From positions 1-64,000 of IMG/VR virus record IMGVR_UViG_3300020810_001156: DNA of 64,000 nucleotides; one strand, written 5' to 3'. Every line of letters begins with the position of its first letter. Position 1 is the first letter of the stretch. The translations under genes and the position numbers were made by a program. The notes under the pieces were generated by a model. That model saw only the letters and a program-made list of their open reading frames with translations. It was not told the DNA's origin and did no database searches. Shown here piece after piece: positions 8,746-15,871 of the stretch.

Positions 8746-9284
8746 AAGTATTTCAAATTGGATTTAACAAATGTGGAACACAATCTCTTTGTGATTTTTT
8801 TCTTCAAAATGGATATAAATCCGTACATTGGGGTGAAGGAAAATGGGCTAATCATTTTAAAAAAAATCAAAGTGAAGGTAACCTACTTTGTGAAGGAGCT
8901 AATGATATTGTAATGTGGACTGATATTGGATTTATACAAAGGAACTTTCAAATATTTGCTGAACAATATCCCAATTCTAAATTCATATACAATATCAGAC
9001 CTTTAGAAAAGTGGTTAGATAGTAGAATTAGACAATATAAAAAACATCCACTTTCCTTTACAGATGGATATGGATTTACTATTGAAAATGGAATTGATAG
9101 AATTGATTATTGGAAATCCGAATGGTTTTATCACAAAAAAGTTATTGAAGAGTTTTTTGTGGGAAATATGGCTAAACGATTATTGATTTTTGATATTGAA
9201 AAAAATAATGGTGAGGATATTCAATCTTTTTTACCAGAATTAAAGTTTAGTAACTTAAAAATACCATATAGAAACAAAGGATGA
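8733..9284 (+). CDS. sulfotransferase-family P-loop protein
   Basis: KVFQIGFNKCGTQSL PAPS-binding loop; FIYNIRP..KWL.SR. Confidence 0.75.
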   Translation: MEKIKVFQIGFNKCGTQSLCDFFLQNGYKSVHWGEGKWANHFKKNQSEGNLLCEGANDIVMWTDIGFIQRNFQIFAEQYPNSKFIYNIRPLEKWLDSRIRQYKKHPLSFTDGYGFTIENGIDRIDYWKSEWFYHKKVIEEFFVGNMAKRLLIFDIEKNNGEDIQSFLPELKFSNLKIPYRNKG

Positions 9285-9360
9285 GTGATATAGCAATTAT
9301 AGTAATTATTGTGATTGGAGGACTTTTATCTGGATATTTAAGATATTCGGAGTATAAAGA

Positions 9361-9392
9361 TTTGTAATTCTCATTTATTTTTCGTATATTTG
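9361..9392 (+). promoter_or_regulatory. Bacteroidota sigma-A-type promoter
   Basis: TTTG 9361-9364, TATATTTG 9385-9392. Confidence 0.8.
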
Positions 9393-9432
9393 TATTAACA
9401 AAACTTAAAGATGAACAAAATCAAGTAATGTA

Positions 9433-9657
9433 ATGGAAACTTATGTAGTAATAGCATATCGATGGGGTGATATCAATGAACACTCATATTTGGTAGCAGT
9501 TTGTGATTCACATTTTATTGCTCAGAGATATGCTGATAATGAAACCACTGCTAGAGCTGGAAAGTATGGTTGTATGGTTTACAAAAAAATGATGAACGCA
9601 CCATTTACTGATAATGATGTATTGGTATATAAAACTAAATCACAAAAACAAAAATAA
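9433..9657 (+). CDS. hypothetical protein
   Basis: ORF track. Confidence 0.7.
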   Translation: METYVVIAYRWGDINEHSYLVAVCDSHFIAQRYADNETTARAGKYGCMVYKKMMNAPFTDNDVLVYKTKSQKQK

Positions 9658-10728
9658 ATGAATTACGCACTAACTTACGATGATATTCAATTAGTACCAG
9701 CTTTTTCGAATATCAAATCAAGACAAAATATCAAACTTCATACGATGTTGAGTGAAAGATATGGATTATTAAATCCTATCGTAGCTTCACCAATGGATAC
9801 AGTTTGTGAGTTTGAAATGGCTTACAAAATGGCTGAATTGGGTGGAGTTGGGTGTATTCACCGATTTATGAGTATCAAAGAACAAAGAGATATCGTAGAG
9901 AGGTTGTATGAAGCAATCTATGCCGATGAATTTGGTATTGCTGAACAATGGGGTGTAATGTACGATGATTGGCATGGTGAAATCAAAGCCGTACCTATCA
10001 TGGCTGCTATTGGAGTTCAAAATGAAGATAAGGATAGAGCTTCGGCATTGGTTGAAGCTGGTGCAAATGTTTTACTGATTGATGTGGCTCATGGAGACCA
10101 CCAAAATGTGTTAGATATGATTCATTGGTGTGTAACTCAAGATGATTTTCAAAATGTAGATATCATAGCTGGAAATATTGCAACTGCAGAGGCAGCAGAG
10201 TTACTCCAAACTTATGGAGTACATGGTTTGAGAGTTGGAATTGGTGGAGGTTCACTTTGTACAACGAGAATTAAAACTGGGTTTGGTGTTCCAAATGTAA
10301 CTTCATTAGAGGATATCGCTAGGGTATCGAATGTACCTATTATGGCTGATGGTGGTTTGAGAACTTCTGGTGATATCTCAAAAGCACTAGCAGTTGGAGC
10401 TGATTGTGTAATGTTGGGTTCACTATTAGCTGGAACTGATGAAGCGCCTGGTCAAATTGTTGAAACTCCAAACGGATTGTACAAAAGATATAGAGGTTCA
10501 GCATCATTGGAAACTAAAGTAACTCACGGACAAGCTGCGAGAAATGTTGAAGGTGAAGCAACAACAATTCCATATAAAGGTGGAGTTAAATTTATTATCA
10601 ATGGATTATTGGATGGAGTGAAATCAGCCCTAAGTTATGCTGGGGCTAGTGATTTAAAAAATTATAATCCAAAATATGTAGTAGTTACCAATGCTGGACA
10701 GAATGAAGCTAAACCGCATCTTTTATGA
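9658..10728 (+). CDS. guaB: IMP dehydrogenase / GMP reductase family protein, no CBS domains
   Basis: ALTYDDIQLVP, ASPMDTV, IDVAHG, GNIAT, GIGGGSLCTTR (catalytic Cys), ADGG; IMPDH versus GMPR not resolved. Confidence 0.85.
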   Translation: MNYALTYDDIQLVPAFSNIKSRQNIKLHTMLSERYGLLNPIVASPMDTVCEFEMAYKMAELGGVGCIHRFMSIKEQRDIVERLYEAIYADEFGIAEQWGVMYDDWHGEIKAVPIMAAIGVQNEDKDRASALVEAGANVLLIDVAHGDHQNVLDMIHWCVTQDDFQNVDIIAGNIATAEAAELLQTYGVHGLRVGIGGGSLCTTRIKTGFGVPNVTSLEDIARVSNVPIMADGGLRTSGDISKALAVGADCVMLGSLLAGTDEAPGQIVETPNGLYKRYRGSASLETKVTHGQAARNVEGEATTIPYKGGVKFIINGLLDGVKSALSYAGASDLKNYNPKYVVVTNAGQNEAKPHLL

Positions 10729-10901
10729 TAAAATGGTGGAGAACAAATAAAGAACTCGAAACTGAGATTGGTAGATTAGAACACCAAATCCGTCTCATGC
10801 AAGACCATTTTGCGGTTCAAAATAAAGAGATTTTGAGCTTGAAAAAGCAAATCCGTGAGCTTGAAATGTTGTGGGATATAGAAATGAAAAAGAAATATTA
10901 A
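10725..10901 (+). CDS. small coiled-coil protein (58 aa)
   Basis: MIKWWRTNKELETEIGRLEHQ...; ATGA overlap with the upstream stop. Confidence 0.6.
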   Translation: MIKWWRTNKELETEIGRLEHQIRLMQDHFAVQNKEILSLKKQIRELEMLWDIEMKKKY

Positions 10902-10904
10902 AGA

Positions 10905-10913
10905 ATATTTATA
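10905..10913 (+). promoter_or_regulatory. putative phage late promoter (ATATTTATA)
   Basis: Recurrent intergenic motif. Confidence 0.5.
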
Positions 10914-10929
10914 CTAAAAAGGAAAAATT

Positions 10930-11115
10930 ATGAGTCAAGAACAACATAAACCCAGAGATATCCACCAAATGTATGGGTGGGTAGTAGTAGGTAAGAGAGA
11001 TGGGAGAGAACATGCGCTCCATTTCCAAACCAAAGAGGAAGCTATGAAATCTTCATTGGAGGGCATCCTTATGGATGAGAGATACTACAAAGAAGTTTAC
11101 TTAAAAAATAAATAA
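10930..11115 (+). CDS. hypothetical protein
   Basis: ORF track. Confidence 0.65.
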   Translation: MSQEQHKPRDIHQMYGWVVVGKRDGREHALHFQTKEEAMKSSLEGILMDERYYKEVYLKNK

Positions 11116-11116
11116 T

Positions 11117-11539
11117 ATGAGTAAGAAAAAAGCTGTTATAGTTAGTGGATATTTCAATCCGCTTCATAAAGGACACTTAGAATTATTTGAGTTAGCAAAA
11201 CAACACGCTGATAAACTTTGGGTGATTGTAAATTCAGATAAGCAAAGAGAACTGAAAGGTTCTGAGTACTTTATGGATGAGGATGAAAGATTACAAATCG
11301 TAAAAGCAATTAGATATGTAGATTATGCTCTAATTTCTCAAGATACTGATAAAACACAATGTGAAACCCTCAAACAATTTTCAGAAATGTTTGGTGAGAT
11401 TTATGATTTGGCATTCGCTAATGGTGGTGACCAAAATAATGATACAATCCCAGAAGTTGAGGTTTGTAAAGAAAATGGTATTGAATTAATCGATGGATTA
11501 GGAAACAAAATCCAATCCTCAAGTTGGTTATTGAAATAA
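11117..11539 (+). CDS. cytidylyltransferase-like nucleotidyltransferase (RfaE-II/TagD family)
   Basis: VSGYFNPLHKGH (HxGH), VIVNSD, FANGGD motifs. Confidence 0.9.
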   Translation: MSKKKAVIVSGYFNPLHKGHLELFELAKQHADKLWVIVNSDKQRELKGSEYFMDEDERLQIVKAIRYVDYALISQDTDKTQCETLKQFSEMFGEIYDLAFANGGDQNNDTIPEVEVCKENGIELIDGLGNKIQSSSWLLK

Positions 11540-11543
11540 TAGA

Positions 11544-11888
11544 ATGAGTGAAGATACAATTATAAACCTACTTGCAGCTGGAACTTTGATAGTTGCAGTA
11601 GTATTAAGCATAATAATTAGAAATACTAAAATACACAAAGTATTAACTTTCATATTTTATCCATTAATAAAACTAAAAGATTGGGTTGACCCGAACTATT
11701 GGGCTGGTGAGATAGGTGAAAAGAGTGGAATGTATGAAAAAGCAAGAAACTCTAAAAGTAGAAAATGGGTTGATAATCTAAAAGGTTGGAAATGGTGGGC
11801 ATGGCAAATAGGAGTTGGACTTGTATTTGTAATTGTTTTAGAATTCGTTCTAAATATGATAGGATTAACAATGTTACCTTGGAAATGA
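11544..11888 (+). CDS. membrane protein
   Basis: N- and C-terminal hydrophobic helices. Confidence 0.7.
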   Translation: MSEDTIINLLAAGTLIVAVVLSIIIRNTKIHKVLTFIFYPLIKLKDWVDPNYWAGEIGEKSGMYEKARNSKSRKWVDNLKGWKWWAWQIGVGLVFVIVLEFVLNMIGLTMLPWK

Positions 11889-12064
11889 CAGCAAAAGAGT
11901 GGTTAGATAAGCAAGAATGGGAAAACAAATTCGTAGAATCTGTTGCTTGGTCTCATCATACAACAATGGATAGTATAATGGAAGAATATGCTAAACACTA
12001 TTTAACCGAACATTTAAAATATACTCAAAGAAAAATCGAAACTGAAAAGAAAAAATATATATGA
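11885..12064 (+). CDS. hypothetical protein
   Basis: ATG 11885 (ATGA overlap) preferred over track start 11786. Confidence 0.6.
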   Translation: MTAKEWLDKQEWENKFVESVAWSHHTTMDSIMEEYAKHYLTEHLKYTQRKIETEKKKYI

Positions 12065-12261
12065 TAGATTTTATTCTAACTTATTTCCTTTTAGGAACAC
12101 TATGGACTATGTACTTTGAATATGCAGTAAATCCGAAACAAATGAGTAATTCCGATAGAATCCGTCAAATGATTTTTTGGATTATACCCGCTGGAGCTTT
12201 TGTGATTGGCTTCATTATTGGATTCATAAATCACATCAACAATTTTTTTAAAAATAATTAA
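12061..12261 (+). CDS. small membrane protein
   Basis: Two hydrophobic segments. Confidence 0.7.
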   Translation: MIDFILTYFLLGTLWTMYFEYAVNPKQMSNSDRIRQMIFWIIPAGAFVIGFIIGFINHINNFFKNN

Positions 12262-12273
12262 CTTTAATAAAAT

Positions 12274-12300
12274 ACACCCCAATTCGGTGGGTTTTTTATT
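12274..12300 (+). terminator. intrinsic terminator
   Basis: CACC/GGTG hairpin followed by a T-run. Confidence 0.55.
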
Positions 12301-12320
12301 TGAAAATAATTGTAAAAAGG

Positions 12321-12352
12321 CTTGACTTTTATAAAAATTCTTATTAGATTAG
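12321..12352 (+). promoter_or_regulatory. Bacteroidota sigma-A-type promoter (variant)
   Basis: CTTG 12321-12324, TAGATTAG 12345-12352. Confidence 0.55.
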
Positions 12353-12365
12353 AGGTGTTGAGTTA

Positions 12366-12548
12366 ATGATAATTAAACCCCTTACTAATATGGACCAACG
12401 AATGAAAGATAGACTTTGGAAAGAAAGAGAAATGAGAGCCGAATTGGCTCATGAAGATAGAAGTTGGAGAAACCAACAACAAATGAGAGTGATTCATAGA
12501 AGAAGAGCTCAAGTTCAATTGGAAAGATTAAACCAAAAATCTCAATGA
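12366..12548 (+). CDS. hypothetical basic protein
   Basis: ORF track. Confidence 0.6.
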   Translation: MIIKPLTNMDQRMKDRLWKEREMRAELAHEDRSWRNQQQMRVIHRRRAQVQLERLNQKSQ

Positions 12549-12937
12549 GTACCTTTCCTACCGATTTCCAAAAAGTAGTAGATTTCTTAAAATACTACGA
12601 TGTGAATGTAATGATTGATTCAGTTAGTTGTTATATTAAAACCGATGATGAACAAACCATTTGCATTCACCACAATTATAACTTAGAGAAAAACGGATTA
12701 ATTACCCTACTTCACGAAGCTGGACATGTATTACAATCCAATGATAATGGAGTGTGTAATCATTACAAAAATGTGGATGATATGGAAAATCCCAAAGAGT
12801 ACAATATGTACCAATTTATGAATGAGTTGGATGCTTGGAATAGAGGTGAGGAATTGATTGAAATGTTGGACTTGGATGTTGATTCAAATAGATTCCATAA
12901 ACAAAGAGAGGAAGCGCTCTTAACTTATTATGTTTAG
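12545..12937 (+). CDS. HExxH zincin-like metallopeptidase (ImmA/IrrE-like)
   Basis: LITLLHEAGH followed by E.DAW..G. Confidence 0.6.
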   Translation: MSTFPTDFQKVVDFLKYYDVNVMIDSVSCYIKTDDEQTICIHHNYNLEKNGLITLLHEAGHVLQSNDNGVCNHYKNVDDMENPKEYNMYQFMNELDAWNRGEELIEMLDLDVDSNRFHKQREEALLTYYV

Positions 12938-13124
12938 AGAACCCGAAGTATTAGAAAACGAAAATGGAGTATCTACTCCTGTATTTTTAAAGAGTGGATT
13001 CTTTGATGAAACTTTCTTACATAAGGAACGAAACCCTATTGAAGATGTAGAAGAGATGCTAGAGGAATATTCCGATTTAATCCATTGGGTCTATATTCCT
13101 TTGTGGAGATTTAGAACCGAATAA
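12930..13124 (+). CDS. hypothetical protein
   Basis: ORF track. Confidence 0.6.
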   Translation: MFREPEVLENENGVSTPVFLKSGFFDETFLHKERNPIEDVEEMLEEYSDLIHWVYIPLWRFRTE

Positions 13125-13125
13125 A

Positions 13126-13157
13126 TTTGCATGATTCAAATATTTTTCTTATATTAG
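13126..13157 (+). promoter_or_regulatory. Bacteroidota sigma-A-type promoter
   Basis: TTTG 13126-13129, TATATTAG 13150-13157. Confidence 0.75.
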
Positions 13158-13172
13158 TGCTAAAATAATAGT

Positions 13173-13949
13173 ATGACTTTTTGGGAATGGAAAAATGAGG
13201 TATCTCAAGTTAAGAGTAAATTGGATATTCGAAAGGAGAGAGTAGAAGAATTCTTTAAAAATGAAGAATGGAGAAACCACCAGAAATTATCCGAATGGGC
13301 TATAAAGAATGATATAAAGTATCTTAGAAAGTACGATGCATTTGAGTATGAGTATGAATACAAATATATCATGTACTATGAATACCAAGTCCGTACAGCG
13401 TTACCACCAATAGAACCAAAAGAGAATCATTTTTGGTGTAGGTATTGTAGAGATGAAAAACCACAATCTGAAGTTAGGGGTACTTCAATATGTACTCCAT
13501 GTGCTAAACAATATCGAAGAGATAATTACGCTGAAAAAGAACGAAATTCAATGAGAGAAAGATATCATTCAGACCCAATACATAGAATTGGTTCTGTTAT
13601 AAAAGCTCATATCAATCATATCTTAAATAATAAATTTGATAAGATAAGAGATGAAACATGGGAAGAAACTGTTGGATTGAGTAAGCAGGCATTTTTAGAT
13701 TATATTTTAGAACAATGTGAACCTCATTGGAATATGGATAATTACGGAACGGAATGGGTCATTCAACATATCATTCCAAGAGATTGGGCTGAAGTAGAAT
13801 CTGATGCATATCTATTGAACTATTATAAGAACTTAATGCCGTGGGGTTTTTCTGAGAACGCAGCTCTTAAAAATAGAATCGAACCTTCTCAATTAAATGA
13901 ATGGCATTACACTAATGAGAGAATTCAACAATTGATTCAAAACCAATAG
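13173..13949 (+). CDS. HNH-type endonuclease-like protein with Cys4 zinc finger
   Basis: CRYC...CTPC, then MDNYGTEWVIQHIIP...YYKNLMP...EN, like the W.NYG.WHIDHIIP...NLQPLW..N free-standing HNH family. Confidence 0.65.
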   Translation: MTFWEWKNEVSQVKSKLDIRKERVEEFFKNEEWRNHQKLSEWAIKNDIKYLRKYDAFEYEYEYKYIMYYEYQVRTALPPIEPKENHFWCRYCRDEKPQSEVRGTSICTPCAKQYRRDNYAEKERNSMRERYHSDPIHRIGSVIKAHINHILNNKFDKIRDETWEETVGLSKQAFLDYILEQCEPHWNMDNYGTEWVIQHIIPRDWAEVESDAYLLNYYKNLMPWGFSENAALKNRIEPSQLNEWHYTNERIQQLIQNQ

Positions 13950-13954
13950 TAAAG

Positions 13955-13984
13955 AATCCACCCCAAAAAGGTGGGTTTTCTTTT
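13955..13984 (+). terminator. intrinsic terminator
   Basis: AATCCACC/GGTGGGTT hairpin followed by TTCTTTT. Confidence 0.7.
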
Positions 13985-14045
13985 GCGCCAAATCCAAATG
14001 AACTCGAAGTTGGAAAACCAAGATAAAAATAATATAGCTAAGAAT
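13985..14045. repeat. imperfect ~60-bp repeat, copy 1 (copy 2 at 16530-16585)
   Basis: GCGC-AAATC..AAC-CGAAG-TGGA..AAG-TAAAAATAA-ATAGCTAAGAAT shared; each copy follows a terminator. Confidence 0.65.
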
Positions 14046-14141
14046 AGTAGTAATCAATATAGTATAGGTATAGAAGATATATAAGATAAAGAATAAGAAG
14101 ATATAATAGTTATATTAAATAACCCCAAATACCACCCAGCT

Positions 14142-14297
14142 ATGATAACTCAGAAAGAACTCATCCATATGTACTATAAGATATGTGATATAGAAGAGGA
14201 ATTGTATGTTAACCCCTTCCCCAACGATAAGATACTCCTCCTGACCGAAGATTTAAAAAAGACTATCATCAATAGAGTAGATGAAGCTCCTAAATAA
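14142..14297 (+). CDS. small hypothetical protein (51 aa)
   Basis: MITQKELIHMYYKICDIEEELY...; not in ORF track. Confidence 0.45.
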   Translation: MITQKELIHMYYKICDIEEELYVNPFPNDKILLLTEDLKKTIINRVDEAPK

Positions 14298-14426
14298 TCA
14301 AACCATCAACACTCTTTTACCATAAGAGTTAGGATAATGACACCCCCATATAATTAACTATACCGATATACACCTATAAGCATATATTCTAATACTTATA
14401 TACAAATAGGTTTATTTCTATCTCTA

Positions 14427-14462
14427 TCCCACTACCTACCACTTTCCCCCACTTTTCCCCAC
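14427..14462 (-). promoter_or_regulatory. four GTGG boxes at exact 10-bp period (MraZ-operator-like array)
   Basis: Minus strand reads GTGGGG-AAAA-GTGGGG-GAAA-GTGGTA-GGTA-GTGGGA. Confidence 0.55.
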
Positions 14463-14665
14463 CTAATAACATACTACTAAATAATTAGCTAAGAAAAGTA
14501 CTCTATCACCATGGTAGAGGGGCTTGTGTGTGTGTTGGTATCGCTGCAAATTTTCCTGGCCCTGATTCTGATACTATCTCCGAGCCACCTTACCCCTTTA
14601 ACCCCTAAATCCCATAAGCGCTTAGAGACAATCCCTGAGAGAGCTTGGAAATTGGGCTGTAAGAG

Positions 14666-14697
14666 CTAATATACAAAAAAGAAATGAGATATACAAG
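14666..14697 (-). promoter_or_regulatory. Bacteroidota sigma-A-type promoter, minus strand, firing into non-coding DNA
   Basis: Reverse complement: CTTG-N20-TATATTAG. Confidence 0.7.
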
Positions 14698-14707
14698 CCA
14701 TATGGCC

Positions 14708-14810
14708 TGACAATTCGTCATTGTGGATAACTTTTTTTATTAACACCAAAATGTGGATAACTTTTCAAGCGGCTGTTGATAACTTTTTAGCTTGATTTGA
14801 CAAATTGTCA
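14708..14810. promoter_or_regulatory. three co-oriented DnaA boxes flanked by two TGACAAnTTGTCA-type palindromes
   Basis: TGTGGATAA at 14722 and 14752, TGTTGATAA at 14774, each followed by CTTTT; palindromes at 14708-14720 (imperfect) and 14798-14810. Confidence 0.75.
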
Positions 14811-14819
14811 TACAAATAA

Positions 14820-14851
14820 TTTGGATATATCATTTATTTTTCGTATCTTTA
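14820..14851 (+). promoter_or_regulatory. Bacteroidota sigma-A-type promoter upstream of candidate sRNA
   Basis: TTTG 14820-14823, TATCTTTA 14844-14851. Confidence 0.65.
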
Positions 14852-14854
14852 AGG

Positions 14855-14925
14855 GTGGCTGGGTGGGAGTAGTATAGGGGAAAACAGCGAATACTGCCGC
14901 AGGAATTAGATTCACCGGCAGTCAC
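14855..14925 (+). ncRNA. candidate structured small RNA
   Basis: Own promoter; closing stem GTGGCTG/CAGTCAC plus GGTG/CACC; inner stem GTAGTAT/ATACTGC; no ORF. Confidence 0.4.
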
Positions 14926-14959
14926 GACAAAAAAAATATTAAAAAAAAGTGAGAAAAGG

Positions 14960-15006
14960 CTTGCATGATTCAAATTAATTTCGTATATTAGTACTGTAAT
15001 TGAGAG
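14960..15006 (+). promoter_or_regulatory. Bacteroidota sigma-A-type promoter with TACTGTAATTGAGAG tail
   Basis: CTTG 14960-14963, TATATTAG 14984-14991. Confidence 0.8.
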
Positions 15007-15029
15007 ATAAGTTAAAACCTAAAACAAAT

Positions 15030-15605
15030 ATGAGTAAGAAATTCAAATTTAAATTAAACGGAATGGAGTTCTCCCTTCCTATTAAACACCTAAAGACAAC
15101 TGATTGGAATGGTAACCCTACCAAGCCTGAGATTTCGATTAACCACTCAGCTGGGTCAAACCTTCTGAAACAATATGTGAAAGCGAAGTATCCCAAAGTT
15201 ACGGTGATGGTTTCATCATCTATCTTCTCTATGGGTAACTCAGTTGATGTGTATATTACTGATGAGGTTGGTAATCCAGTTGATAAATCTATTGTAGAAG
15301 ATGTTCAAGCTTTCGGTAACCAATTTGTTTATGGTCAGTTCAACGGAATGATTGATATGTATGAACACAAAGAGTGTGGTGCTACCTCTGAAAGTGGTAC
15401 TACTATCACTGGTAACATCAAATACCTTCACGTTCAGAATCGTGCGAAGCACGCATCTCTTCCTGATGTATGTAGAATGTTGGTTGAGATGACAACTACT
15501 GAGAACTATGTGTTTGGAAAAGTAAGTGTTGAAAAAGCTATTGAACATGCTAAGAGTTTCGGCGCTAGTGAGAATAATATTAACAAAGCTCTAAAATTGA
15601 TATAA
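15030..15605 (+). CDS. LPD29 (large polyvalent protein-associated domain 29)-like protein
   Basis: LLKQYVKAKYPKVTVMVSSSIFSMGNSVDVY...F.YGQFNGMIDMYE matches the LPD29 pattern. Confidence 0.7.
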   Translation: MSKKFKFKLNGMEFSLPIKHLKTTDWNGNPTKPEISINHSAGSNLLKQYVKAKYPKVTVMVSSSIFSMGNSVDVYITDEVGNPVDKSIVEDVQAFGNQFVYGQFNGMIDMYEHKECGATSESGTTITGNIKYLHVQNRAKHASLPDVCRMLVEMTTTENYVFGKVSVEKAIEHAKSFGASENNINKALKLI

Positions 15606-15606
15606 T

Positions 15607-15759
15607 ATGAGTAAGTATGAGAATGGGTATCTACCTAAGATTCAGTATTGGCAATCCCAATACGATTTGGCTAAGGAAGCTGGAAATAATTCAGCGATGT
15701 TGAAGTGTTTGGATAAGTTAACTTACTTTGTCCAACGCCAAAAAGAGGTGTACGGATAA
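15607..15759 (+). CDS. small hypothetical protein (50 aa)
   Basis: MSKYENGYLPKIQYWQ... Confidence 0.6.
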   Translation: MSKYENGYLPKIQYWQSQYDLAKEAGNNSAMLKCLDKLTYFVQRQKEVYG

Positions 15760-15785
15760 AAAAATTGAAAAAAGTTTGAAATAAA

Positions 15786-15828
15786 TTTGGATATATCATT
15801 TTTATTTCGTATATTAGTAGTGTAATTG
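15786..15828 (+). promoter_or_regulatory. Bacteroidota sigma-A-type promoter upstream of tRNA
   Basis: TTTG 15786-15789, TATATTAG 15810-15817, TAGTGTAATTG tail. Confidence 0.8.
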
Positions 15829-15871
15829 GTTGAGGTGATTGAGATGTACTCTAGCCCTAACTAACAAATTT

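Noticed and set aside
14427-14462. G-quadruplex explanation of the G-rich minus strand
   Set aside because: Only two or three long G-tracts; the exact 10-bp phasing fits protein-binding repeats better, though G4 is not excluded
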